Notes under the pieces: model-generated | Databases searched by the model: none | Told to the model about the DNA's origin: nothing | The model's input: only the letters and a program-made list of their open reading frames with translations | Shown: piece after piece, positions 42,010-51,549 of the stretch | Position numbering within the stretch: position 1 is the stretch's first letter | How the letters are laid out: each line of letters begins with the position of its first letter | Position numbers and translations under genes: made by a program | Virus record (IMG/VR): IMGVR_UViG_3300025073_000880 | Reading direction: 5' to 3' (one strand) | Length of the DNA stretch: 64,000 nt | Origin: a virus | Taxonomy: Duplodnaviria > Heunggongvirae > Uroviricota > Caudoviricetes

Positions 42010-42339
42010 TTATTTACAAACCCACCAATTAGGATGTTTTTTATAATTATTCATAAAACAGTCCACATTATCCCGATAATTAAACACATCACCAGAGCAA
42101 TAAGCTGAAAAAGTTCCGTCTAAAAACTGGTAAACCCCTTTGGCACTACTGTTAGGATTTCTTGCATGCGGATCATAATTGCTCTCACATTTGGCAATCC
42201 TCAATGATGTCTCAACATCTATATCATGCTTAATAGATTGAATAGTAATATAATCTTGAACTGTCATCGGTTCATCTGTCATCGGTTCATTGTGAAATCT
42301 CAATATCACTAATTGTATGAATATTAACGCTTCTAACAT
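42010..42339 (-). CDS. Transglycosylase-like (RPF/lysozyme-like) peptidoglycan hydrolase with an N-terminal hydrophobic anchor. Endolysin candidate.
   Basis: AKCESNYDPHARNPNSSAKGVYQFLDGTF matches the transglycosylase-like domain signature. N-terminal hydrophobic segment. Confidence 0.5.
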   Translation of the reverse strand: MLEALIFIQLVILRFHNEPMTDEPMTVQDYITIQSIKHDIDVETSLRIAKCESNYDPHARNPNSSAKGVYQFLDGTFSAYCSGDVFNYRDNVDCFMNNYKKHPNWWVCK

Positions 42340-42665
42340 AACCCGAGGTTATCATACTCTTCTTCTATTTCCTTCATTGACTCAAAACGAGGAGAAATTA
42401 ACCGTGTATTCAACGCCTTTGCAATATTTACAAGGGTACTTATTTTTATATCCTCCTCACCTTTTTCATAGCGTGCAATCGCAGGTTGTCTAGTATCAAG
42501 CTTATTAGCTAAATCAACCTGAGACATTGACTGAACAATTCTTGCCTCTCTTATCATCCTACCAATTTTATACTTAACATCTTTTAACTTTTTTACCTTA
42601 AAACCTCTAAAATCATTATCTTTTAGTAATTCATTTTCAAATTGTATTAATTCATCTTCTAACAT
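42333..42665 (-). CDS. XRE-family HTH transcriptional regulator.
   Basis: IREARIVQSMSQVDLANKLDTRQPAIARYEKGEEDIKISTLVNIAKALN. Confidence 0.65.
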   Translation of the reverse strand: MLEDELIQFENELLKDNDFRGFKVKKLKDVKYKIGRMIREARIVQSMSQVDLANKLDTRQPAIARYEKGEEDIKISTLVNIAKALNTRLISPRFESMKEIEEEYDNLGLC

Positions 42666-42857
42666 ACCCCAAACAATATTTTTAGATTATCTTCTTGGTC
42701 TTTGCTTTAATTTTAACACTATCCGCATACTCCAACATCTTCGTCAGCGTATCAGCTACCGATAAATCTTTCCGACTTATCTCATCTATTTTCTTTGAGT
42801 ATTCTTCCATTGTTATTTCTTGCATATTATTATGTCTATGTTTTTGAGGTTGGGCGG

Positions 42858-43964
42858 TTACTTAAATAATTTGTTTTGATTGTTACAATATAAAAACCTT
42901 GGACTGAACGGAGACGACTTTCTTTTATATCTTTTACACATAAATTGCCTCATTGTTTTTAACCCCTCCTGTCTATTTGAAGTAAACAGATTGTTTACCA
43001 CGCAGTCTCCACATTTAGACACCTCTATCTCATGAGCCATTTGATTTTCTGTCCAATCAACCCCATGATTATACGCCATAGCAGTTGTGTTATAGCTAGT
43101 TGACTTTTTTATTAAAGGGTCTCCGCAACAACACTTACCAGAAGATATGTGGTGCATATCGTTGTCTGCTATGCTATATGGTATATTATACTTTTCTAAT
43201 TCCTCTAAAACTGGTTTATATAATTCTTCTCTTATTGCTGGTTTCAAATTTAGAAGACCCATTTGTATAAAACTTTTCTTTGGTATTTTAAGATGTTTAG
43301 TTATAAATTCACTATGTTTTTTGTTTTGTGGGACTATCTTTATCCCTTCTATTGTAAAATAATCTGCATCATTAAACATCTCTACTATTTTTTCATCGGA
43401 CACACCTGGTATAAATGGTTGTATTCTTATGCCAACCTTGAAACCTCTATCTTTTAATGAACGATAAAACCTATACCTTTGTTCTATTGTTACTACATTA
43501 GATTCTATATCCATTCTATTATCAACATTTGTAATACTTAGTTGAAATGCGTGTAATTTTGGTTTTATTTCCGCCCCGTAAACAGAAAAACCCTTAGTAG
43601 AAAATAATATACTTATTCCATATCTGTTAGTTATATCTATCATTTTCTTTGTAGCCTCAAACTTTTCCTCTGATGGTTGAAATGGGTCGCTCATCCCCCC
43701 ACAATGCCAAGTTATTCCATCGTTTATTAACACCTCAAGATAGTTTGTTTTATTTACATTCTTATCATCAAATATCTTTTTTAGTTTTCTTTCTATGTAT
43801 TTTTCATCCCCTACCTGTAAGTCTTTTTCAAACTCCATTATTACTCTGTTGTTAGCAAAGCAATACTTGCAACCATGCGAACAATTTTTGTATGTATCTA
43901 CCCGTATAGGAAGACCACACAATCCAAATTTGCTACTAACACTTAATGGTATAAATTTCTTCAT
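42858..43964 (-). CDS. Radical SAM enzyme.
   Basis: CSHGCKYC (CxxxCxxC) near the N-terminus. Confidence 0.65.
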   Translation of the reverse strand: MKKFIPLSVSSKFGLCGLPIRVDTYKNCSHGCKYCFANNRVIMEFEKDLQVGDEKYIERKLKKIFDDKNVNKTNYLEVLINDGITWHCGGMSDPFQPSEEKFEATKKMIDITNRYGISILFSTKGFSVYGAEIKPKLHAFQLSITNVDNRMDIESNVVTIEQRYRFYRSLKDRGFKVGIRIQPFIPGVSDEKIVEMFNDADYFTIEGIKIVPQNKKHSEFITKHLKIPKKSFIQMGLLNLKPAIREELYKPVLEELEKYNIPYSIADNDMHHISSGKCCCGDPLIKKSTSYNTTAMAYNHGVDWTENQMAHEIEVSKCGDCVVNNLFTSNRQEGLKTMRQFMCKRYKRKSSPFSPRFLYCNNQNKLFK

Positions 43965-44000
43965 ATTTTTATAATTGTAAAGTAATTGTCAAGTAATCGC

Positions 44001-44232
44001 CAGCAGGCTGAAGGTGAGTGGGTAATGGACTTCCACCATTACACGATACCCTAGTCGGGGGCATCTCGGTGTGGTGTTCCCACTATCCGACTTTACGGTT
44101 TCACCTAGCGTCTATCTTCCGCCACCACTCACCACCGCAGTCTGCCCGATTGAGCGAGGAGGCAAAGCCCCCACTGCGGTTTTCAGCCTCTGTATGTCTA
44201 ACAGAGCTGGATTACTCCAGCCTGCTGGGGGC
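44001..44232. ncRNA. GC-rich structured RNA candidate, family unknown. It could be the 5' leader of the radical SAM gene if transcribed on the minus strand.
   Basis: GC much higher than its surroundings. A 10-bp closing helix CAGCAGGCUG/CAGCCUGCUG encloses several nested perfect hairpins (GUAAUGG/CCAUUAC, AGUCGG/CCGACU, CCGCAGU/ACUGCGG, CUCUGU/ACAGAG). No credible ORF. Confidence 0.4.
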
Positions 44233-45453
44233 TAGTTACTACCAAGAATATTTACCACAGTTGCAGGTAGCTTGACTGCTATCAACCAAACAAAATCCAC
44301 AATGTTCACAATATGGAACATCATTTTGCTTTGGTTCTTCAATGCTTGTGTTGTATATAGTTTTTTCTTCGCTCATATTAGATGACAGATGACAGTGGAA
44401 ATATACTTTTTTCTCTGTTCGTTGCCTCACATAATTCATCTGGTGGGTTTTCATTTCTTTTTTTTGTATGAGGAGTTTCTTTCCCACACAACCGACACCT
44501 ATACCAATAATAAGTTTCTGACAATGTAGAATTTATATCGCTCATTAACGGAAAATAATCATGTTTCATATATAGTTTAAAGTAACATTTTTTGTCTTAA
44601 TCTATCTTCCCCAATTTCACAATAATTTTTATTTATTTCACATCCTATGAAATTCCTGCTTAAATCAATTACGGCATAGCTGGGATTATTTTATCTTCAA
44701 CGCTAATCTCACCGAACAGATTTTTGTTTTTATTCAATTTCATTTTATTTTTCTCGCTTAATCTGGAGGCTTGGATGGTATTGGGGCGTGAGATAGTGTC
44801 CCCATTTAGTTTTACATCTACGCAATTTTTTTTAAACACCCCCAAGCCCCCCAGACTAGGCGAGAATGTCGCCTAGAGAGGTTATTTGGTTATACCTTTA
44901 ACTGCCCACATTACTGATTCTTCTAGCTTTGTTTTTGCTAATGCAATTTCACGACCGTTTTTCTCATTCAAGCCAACATGAATTGCCAGCAATAATTGAT
45001 AAGCTACATCTTTGATGTTATCAATTCTCATCGCATCTTCCTCTGAAAGGTTATGATATATAGGATGAAAAATGTTTTCTAGTTCTCCCGTACATTTATT
45101 TTATTATTTATTTTGTCATTAAGACCCATTTAACATCAGGAAACGCTTTAACAAAGCTTTTCTTTGCCTTTGCATTATTACTCTTCGCCTTTTTTATTAT
45201 TTCTTTTTCAGTTATTTCTTTAAGTGGTATTATGAACAAACTAATGATAAACGGATTCCCAGCCCACACGTGCCAACTTCTTTGTGTTTTATCAAGCCAG
45301 ACATAATCAGATATTTGTTTCCCATTCGCTTTACCCATATTTTTAATTCTTAGAGCCACCCTGCCCCCGTATTAGAGACCTCACGCTTGTCGTTCACCGT
45401 GGGTGAAGGAGGTGCAACAATATACAAAGGGCAGAGTGGCTTTATGAAAAAAA

Positions 45454-46935
45454 CTAAATAATAATTCGTTTATACCTGTCGGAGTTAATCGTATTCATCA
45501 TAACCTCATAAGGCGTTTTATTCTCAACTGCCATCTTGAATATTACAGGAGAAAAGCCGGAAACCATTGACACGCCTCGCTCACTCTCTTTGACTGGCAA
45601 ATTCTCTCCGCTTGCATTTACATTCCAAAACACTAGATTCGGTCTGACATACCCCAGCTGGGAATACTTTTGTTCAATAACCTCAAAATTAGTTTGGTCG
45701 CCATAAGTAGCCTGGTCAAACTCCATGTCTGAAATAATGTAAATCGTGTCTGGCATTTCATCTTCCGGCGTGCTGTTCTGAACGGCAGTTGTTAAAATTA
45801 AATCAAACACAGCCTGAACGTTGGTGTTAGCTACGTCCCCAAGCTGAATGCTATTCATTTTATCCCTCAAATTTGCACCTTGAACCTTATGTAATTTCGG
45901 CTGTCCTGAAAATGAAATAAAGTAATTCTGGAATTGTCCTTTATTTCTCTCAGCAAAATATAGTGCCAACGAAACAGATACAGATATTGGGACGCCAGTC
46001 ATCGATCCTGATGTGTCAGCTACTACTAAGGCATTTTTCCCTTGTGTATAATCAGGTAGCTGATTCCATAAGGCTTCAAGCGTTTTAGAATAATCCGCCC
46101 AAACGGAATTGTATATTTGATATGGATATAATGTCCCTGCATTTATCTTCACCTCACCTTTTTCTGCCTTTTCAATAAACTTTTCATACCTCTTCTCATC
46201 GTGTTTCTTAAAGACATTTTTATAAATTCTTGACGCTTGGCTTGGAACAACAGAATAATTTATATCCGGCCACTTTTTAGCTGACATCTTTTCTTCAACT
46301 GTCGCTATTTTTTTTCTAATAGACCTGATAAGTTTTCTATAAGCCATTTCATCTATCCCTAACCCATTAGCCATAAATCTTGCTTTTTTTCTGGTATTAA
46401 GGCTTGAAGCGTTAATGGTTGGAAGCCATTTAGCCAGCAGGGACGGTTTATCCTCCTTTTGGTCTTTTTCCAGTTGGCTTTTAATCAACAAGAAACATTT
46501 TTTATTATCAAAAAATAAATCATCAAAGCGACCATACTCTTGGACAAAATCTACAATCTTTTCAAATATAGAAGGTTCATTTTCACCTAACCATTGCAGA
46601 CAAACCCTAAATAAGGCTCGCTCACCCTGGCCTCCCCTTATATCTCTAAGATAAAACAAAACCTTAATTGCCTTTTCTCTATCTTCCGAAAACGCTCGTT
46701 TGAATAAATCAAGGGCTTTTTTAGGCTCACCCCTCATCGCTCCAGCCTGAGCATAAAAATCTAAAAGAGCCGACTGCGTTCGAGTAAAAGTCTTTGCCTC
46801 GTTTTTTGTTCTCCCATAGGACGTGTTTACATACATCCCATTGATTAAAGAATTCCCACTTGATTTCTTTGCTCCTTCAGGAGCTTTCATCTCATTGATG
46901 TTTTTCATATTTTTGAAACAAGACGCTTTTAACAC
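45454..46935 (-). CDS. rsr: Ro60/Rsr ortholog (TROVE domain plus vWA domain).
   Basis: YLRDIRGGQGER TROVE region and VVADTSGSMTG MIDAS motif. 493 aa. Confidence 0.65.
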   Translation of the reverse strand: MLKASCFKNMKNINEMKAPEGAKKSSGNSLINGMYVNTSYGRTKNEAKTFTRTQSALLDFYAQAGAMRGEPKKALDLFKRAFSEDREKAIKVLFYLRDIRGGQGERALFRVCLQWLGENEPSIFEKIVDFVQEYGRFDDLFFDNKKCFLLIKSQLEKDQKEDKPSLLAKWLPTINASSLNTRKKARFMANGLGIDEMAYRKLIRSIRKKIATVEEKMSAKKWPDINYSVVPSQASRIYKNVFKKHDEKRYEKFIEKAEKGEVKINAGTLYPYQIYNSVWADYSKTLEALWNQLPDYTQGKNALVVADTSGSMTGVPISVSVSLALYFAERNKGQFQNYFISFSGQPKLHKVQGANLRDKMNSIQLGDVANTNVQAVFDLILTTAVQNSTPEDEMPDTIYIISDMEFDQATYGDQTNFEVIEQKYSQLGYVRPNLVFWNVNASGENLPVKESERGVSMVSGFSPVIFKMAVENKTPYEVMMNTINSDRYKRIII

Positions 46936-46960
46936 TATAGATTAACAGTCTATTGTTTTA

Positions 46961-47240
46961 TTTATATTGCTGTTAGCGTCTTCAATTATTTTATATAACA
47001 AGACCCATTTTCTTTGAAAATAGAATTTCAATTTAATTGCTGTTAGGGTCTTAATGAATTTTAAATGTGCGAGCGAGTGGGGATTGAACCCACGACCAAC
47101 GGCCTGAATGCTTTTTAGTTGCTGTTAGTGTCTTACAAGACACATTTTTACGTTGCTCTACCACTGAGCTATCGCTCGCATAACACGACGCATTTTGACA
47201 AAGTAAGAATTTGTTTTGCTGTATTGCTGTTAGCGTCGTA
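46961..47240 (-). repeat. Four copies of the minus-strand motif GACNC-UAACAGCAA, each with a covarying partner stem. One copy is inside the tRNA-like RNA. Y-RNA-like module array.
   Basis: Copies at 46964, 47037, 47122 and 47226 (plus strand TTGCTGTTAGNGTC). Partner pentamers covary: GACGC/GCGTC, GACCC/GGGTC, GACAC/GUGUC, GACGC/GCGTC. Confidence 0.55.
47069..47180 (-). ncRNA. tRNA-like Y-RNA candidate (YrlA-like). It has canonical acceptor, D and T arms, but ~50 nt replace the anticodon loop.
   Basis: Acceptor CGAGCGA/UCGCUCG with G-1:C73; D arm GCUC-AGUGGUA-GAGC; T arm GUGGG-UUCAAUC-CCCAC. The anticodon-position stem (C)AACG/CGUU(G) encloses a hairpin GUGUC-UUGUAA-GACAC followed by UAACAGCAA. 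Lies between rsr and rtcB. Confidence 0.5.
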
Positions 47241-47296
47241 ATACAATTAACTTATTTACTTGACGATTACTTGACAATTAGATATAGGAATATTTT

Positions 47297-49441
47297 TTAA
47301 CCCTTGATTACCGCTAATGGATTTAATTCCACAAGTATTTCAACCAAATCTGCCTGGTTTTGCATAACTTCATCTATTGGCTTATATGCGCCAGGGGCTT
47401 CCTCCAAATCATCTTTGTTCCTCATCCCGTGAATTATCCCTTTGTCATCCATTATTTTCTTTTGTTCATCAAAGTCTAACTGTTCACACGCCGCCTTTCG
47501 CCCTAGCCTTCTCCCTGCTCCATGTGAACATGATTCAAACGATTCTTTATTTCCAAGACCTTTGACGATATATGACTTTGTTCCCATTGAACCAGGAATT
47601 ATTCCGATTGTTCCTTCTCTTGCTAAGGTCGCACCCTTTCTGTGAACCCAGACGTTCTGTCCAAAATGATTTTCTTGTGTGGCGTAATTATGAGCAATGT
47701 TAATAAGTCCACTATTGTCGCCATTTTCATTTTTAACTATAAAATTAGTTATTTCAAAAGCAGTCTTGTAATCCATCTCCCTTAAAAAACAGCCAACAAT
47801 TCTATCCATCATCAATTTTCTATTTGCCAAGGCGAACTCTACACAATACTGCATTTCTCCGATATATGCCTGCCCCTCATCACTATCAACTGGTAAAAAT
47901 GCCAGCTGCCATTCTTTCGGGACTGAACTGTGCCATTTATCGTTTAATTCAACAGCTAATTTGTTGTAATAGTCAGCCACCTGCTTGCCTAGGTTTCGGC
48001 TACCACTATGTATCATTATCCAGATATGCCCATCAGATCCTTTTTGTATTTCAATAAAGTGGTTACCACCGCCAAGAGTTCCTATTTGTTTTAGAGCAGA
48101 GTTATATTGCTCTTTGATTATTGGTTTCCCAACATCATAGTTTGTGGGCATTAAATCCTCGTTTTGTTTTTCTTTATGATGATTAAATCCAACTGGTATT
48201 TGCTTTCTTGTCTCTCCCATTATTTTTTTTATGGTTTCAGTCTCAATTTCAGTTAGAGATGTTTTGACCGCACACATTCCGCAGTTCCCTGTAATAAATA
48301 TTTTATTGTTTCTTCTGGCGATAAAATAACCAGTCTCAACTACAAAACAATACTTCTTTCCATCTTTTATCTTTATTTTTTTAGGTTTACTAAATCCAAC
48401 ATAATTATTTTGCGTTTGATATACATGATACCAATCTTTCCAGTTCTTTTGTTTACTCCTAATAATACCTATACCCGCCCTTATCCCATTTAGGGCACAT
48501 ATATATTGGATAGCATCTGCGTTTATTTTATTTGTCGTAGCATATGTTTTGTGATGTCTTTTTTTGTCTATTGAGCCGTCCCAATATAAATATTCATCAA
48601 AAACAACCTTTGCCTGATTTTGGTTACAGTTATACAAATCGGTTAAATCTTTATCGCAAACCCAATCTACTTTAAAACTGATTGATTCTGTCCCATCTTT
48701 ATGAAAATATTCTTTAAAAAAAACATTAGACTTTTTTAATAAAAATTTACATCTCTCTATCTTTCTTCTTTTCTTGAAGTGCATTTCAATAGTGGTATGC
48801 TTGTTTGATTTATTTCTTATATGTCCATCAGCCGACGCCATAACTCTAATAGCTAGTTGCTCATCAGATAATTTTATGCCAGATTCACGCGTAGGGAAAG
48901 TAGTTCTAATGGAATAATAATCTTGTTTTTTACATTTCAACAACATTTCTCTAAAATCCTTGCAAAAATAAGTATAATCATTTTTCTTCCTGCCATAGCC
49001 TTTATAAACCAACATTCTATGTTCATCGCTTAAAACATGGTCTAATCCATATTTATTTTTATATTCAGTAAAATTTTCACAAGGCTTAACGATATATAAT
49101 AACGGTTTACTGAAAAAAGATGTTTCTTTATAATTATCCCAAACTAAAACGTCTTCGTTGTTATATTTATCAATAGTTATCCATCCGTTTTTAGTTAAAA
49201 CTTCGGTTTCTTTATCCACTGCCCCGATATCTACACCCACAGCGTTTGGAATTATTACGCCTTTGGTCGCCAATACACCACCGATAGGCATACCGTAACC
49301 AACATGGCTGTCAGGCATGATAGCGATGTGTTTAAATGCAAATGGAAGATTCGCAAGATTCTTGGCTTGTGCTAATGCTTCATCCTCAATGTCCTTGAGC
49401 CACATCTTTATTGGTATTTTTTCGGTTGCAACAACTTCCAT
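47297..49441 (-). CDS. rtcB: RtcB RNA 3'-phosphate ligase interrupted by an intein.
   Basis: IMPDSHVGYG, GGGNHFIEIQ and SCSHGAGRR motifs. About 313 aa are inserted between VGVDIG and CGMCAV. Confidence 0.8.
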   Translation of the reverse strand: MEVVATEKIPIKMWLKDIEDEALAQAKNLANLPFAFKHIAIMPDSHVGYGMPIGGVLATKGVIIPNAVGVDIGAVDKETEVLTKNGWITIDKYNNEDVLVWDNYKETSFFSKPLLYIVKPCENFTEYKNKYGLDHVLSDEHRMLVYKGYGRKKNDYTYFCKDFREMLLKCKKQDYYSIRTTFPTRESGIKLSDEQLAIRVMASADGHIRNKSNKHTTIEMHFKKRRKIERCKFLLKKSNVFFKEYFHKDGTESISFKVDWVCDKDLTDLYNCNQNQAKVVFDEYLYWDGSIDKKRHHKTYATTNKINADAIQYICALNGIRAGIGIIRSKQKNWKDWYHVYQTQNNYVGFSKPKKIKIKDGKKYCFVVETGYFIARRNNKIFITGNCGMCAVKTSLTEIETETIKKIMGETRKQIPVGFNHHKEKQNEDLMPTNYDVGKPIIKEQYNSALKQIGTLGGGNHFIEIQKGSDGHIWIMIHSGSRNLGKQVADYYNKLAVELNDKWHSSVPKEWQLAFLPVDSDEGQAYIGEMQYCVEFALANRKLMMDRIVGCFLREMDYKTAFEITNFIVKNENGDNSGLINIAHNYATQENHFGQNVWVHRKGATLAREGTIGIIPGSMGTKSYIVKGLGNKESFESCSHGAGRRLGRKAACEQLDFDEQKKIMDDKGIIHGMRNKDDLEEAPGAYKPIDEVMQNQADLVEILVELNPLAVIKG
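48284..49222 (-). mobile_element. Intein (about aa 74-386 of RtcB) with a LAGLIDADG endonuclease domain.
   Basis: Begins AVDKETEVLTKNGWITI (block A-like, Ala1). Ends ...KIFITGN followed by Cys+1. Internal LAIRVMASADGHI and YLYWDGSIDKK motifs. The exteins total ~401 aa, the normal RtcB size. Confidence 0.6.
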
Positions 49442-49453
49442 ACGTTTATTTTA

Positions 49454-50320
49454 TTATTTAACATTTAGAAACGGCAACGCTGAGTTCGGCATCATATAAG
49501 TCGGCAGTTTTCCATCCCACTTCTCCACGGCTTTTAAATCAACATACGATTGACCGCCTTGTTGAGTAATCGCTTGTGCTTGGATTTTAATAGCTTCGGC
49601 TTCGGCTTTAGCTTGTTCAATTCTTTGCTCGGCTTCAAATTTAACTTGCTCTAATTTGTTTTTAGCCGCCAAAGCGTTCTGTTCAGCAGTAACCTTCTGT
49701 TCGATCGCCGAATTGAAACTGTCAGAAAAATCAAAATTAACAATGGAAAGCTCATCAACAATAATGTATTCCTCTGCCAGTCTAAGTTTCAGGTTTTCTT
49801 TTGCCACATTTTTCACTTGCTCACGCTTTGTTATAAGCTCATCAGCCGTAAATTGAGCAGTCGCCGCCTTTAATGCTTCTTGAATCGCAGGATCAATTAT
49901 CCTTGCCTTATAATCTTTACCAATGTTTTGGAATAATTTATTAACATTCCCAGCGTCAAGGTGATAATTAAGAGCAATCGTAGAACTGACTGTCTGCAAA
50001 TCCTTACTCGCCGCCGCTACATCAACCTCATCTTTTTGTGTCTTGACATCAAACTTTTTAACATCCCTTGAAATTGGCGTAATCCAATGAATGCCCTCAC
50101 CTAAAATTCTGTCTTCAACCGCTCCCCAATGAGTAATAACTCCACGCTCGCCAGCTGAAATCATTACAACTGGATTTAGAACAAGGAATAAAATTAAACA
50201 AACAAATCCAATTACTAGTCCAATAAATATTTTCATACTATTTTTTCTTTTTATTATTGAATAAAAGTCTATAAACCCCAGCCCCCGCAAGACCGACCAC
50301 TGCAAGCAGGGCAATCTCAA
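49454..50320 (-). CDS. SPFH (band-7/stomatin/HflKC-like) domain membrane protein.
   Basis: N-terminal TM segment, then ISAGERGVITHWGAV...EGIHWITPI SPFH core and a coiled-coil C-terminus. Confidence 0.6.
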   Translation of the reverse strand: MRLPCLQWSVLRGLGFIDFYSIIKRKNSMKIFIGLVIGFVCLILFLVLNPVVMISAGERGVITHWGAVEDRILGEGIHWITPISRDVKKFDVKTQKDEVDVAAASKDLQTVSSTIALNYHLDAGNVNKLFQNIGKDYKARIIDPAIQEALKAATAQFTADELITKREQVKNVAKENLKLRLAEEYIIVDELSIVNFDFSDSFNSAIEQKVTAEQNALAAKNKLEQVKFEAEQRIEQAKAEAEAIKIQAQAITQQGGQSYVDLKAVEKWDGKLPTYMMPNSALPFLNVK

Positions 50321-50337
50321 ATAAAATTCGCATATTA

Positions 50338-51549
50338 TTATTTATTAAAATACATTAACCTTTCAAATATAGCTTTTATCACATTTACCGTAACAGCGTT
50401 TCCCGCCATTTTATATTTTTGAGTGTCTGATATTTTTACTCCGTCAGAACCTACATCGCACCAATCGTCAGGGAACCCTTGAAGCCGCATACACTCGGTT
50501 GGTGTAAGTCTGCGAATACGACAGCCGTCAAAAATACCATGTTTGTCTTGTGCCGTAACTGTAAAAGCCGGATCATTATTTTCTTTAAATCGCCTACCAT
50601 CTTGTCTTTTCTTTAGCCTATCAGGAGTTAATACGGGGACGGCATATAACCCTGTTTTTGCCCCAAGTCCCCCAGATTCACTTGCTATTGTGGTTGATAT
50701 ACCACTTGGGTCATATACTCGATTCCCTTGCGGACCGCCCACTACCTGTTTAAGTCCTACTTTAATTTGTTTTGGTTGTTTGTAATCAGTCGCGGTTAGT
50801 GCTGACACCCCCCCCCTTGGGTCAAAGATTCTTGCTCGTTCTCCTCGCCCTGAGTTATTGGTACTTCCTGCGATTTTAATGTAAGAGTAAGTTTGTTTGT
50901 TGCTTTCTCCGATAGGAAATATTTTTCGTCCACCAATTCCTCCAAAATATCCGATAATAAACACTCTTTCCCTGTTTTGGGGGACTCCAAAATTTTTGCT
51001 GTTAAGAACCTGCCACTCAACGACATACCCCAAGTCGGAGAGAACCCCAAGTATTGTCTGGAAAGTTTTTCCCTCGTCATGAGATAATAAACCTTTGACA
51101 TTTTCGAGAACCACAAGTCTTGACCGTTTTTCGGCGAGAATCCTTGCGATGTCAAAAAACAATGTTCCTCTTGTATCGTCAAATCCTCTCCTCTTGCCAG
51201 CAACGGAGAAACTTTGGCAAGGAAATCCGCCAACCAAGAGGTCAAAGTCTGGGAGTTGTTTGGGATCAATTTTTGTTGCGTCCCCATAGTTTCTGTGATT
51301 TGGGAAGTGTTTTTCATAGACCTTAATTGCATATTTGTTAATCTCGGAATAACCAACACATAGTGGGGTTGTCCCGTCTGAAGTGCGAAGCATTTTGTTT
51401 GGCTCATTAGCAAACCTGACCCTCCTTTGTTCGCATTCTTCCTTTTCGGATTTCGTGCTGATATGTTTGCATTTAATATAATCTTCATACGCTTGTTGTA
51501 TTCCCAAAGGTAAGCCCCCAATACCAGCAAATGCGTCGAAATATCTCAT
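50338..51549 (-). CDS. DNA (cytosine-5)-methyltransferase.
   Basis: FAGIGG (motif I), GGFPCQSFS (motif IV), ENVKGL (motif VI). Contains an in-frame G9 tract (plus C9 at 50808-50816). Confidence 0.8.
   Translation of the reverse strand: MRYFDAFAGIGGLPLGIQQAYEDYIKCKHISTKSEKEECEQRRVRFANEPNKMLRTSDGTTPLCVGYSEINKYAIKVYEKHFPNHRNYGDATKIDPKQLPDFDLLVGGFPCQSFSVAGKRRGFDDTRGTLFFDIARILAEKRSRLVVLENVKGLLSHDEGKTFQTILGVLSDLGYVVEWQVLNSKNFGVPQNRERVFIIGYFGGIGGRKIFPIGESNKQTYSYIKIAGSTNNSGRGERARIFDPRGGVSALTATDYKQPKQIKVGLKQVVGGPQGNRVYDPSGISTTIASESGGLGAKTGLYAVPVLTPDRLKKRQDGRRFKENNDPAFTVTAQDKHGIFDGCRIRRLTPTECMRLQGFPDDWCDVGSDGVKISDTQKYKMAGNAVTVNVIKAIFERLMYFNK

Noticed and set aside
44018-44275. 85-aa plus-strand ORF across the GC-rich element.
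   Set aside because: The composition reflects stacked hairpins, not codon usage. Better explained as structured RNA.
46961-47240. Possible CRISPR array (short direct repeats with ~70-100 nt spacing).
   Set aside because: Only 14-nt repeats with irregular spacing. One copy lies inside a tRNA-like RNA. Covariation with partner strands indicates RNA stems, not CRISPR repeats. No cas genes are present.
50796-51530. 244-aa ORF in another frame, fully inside the C5-methyltransferase gene.
   Set aside because: The C5-MTase frame carries all the conserved motifs (FxGxG, PCQ, ENV). The overlapping frame is a by-product.
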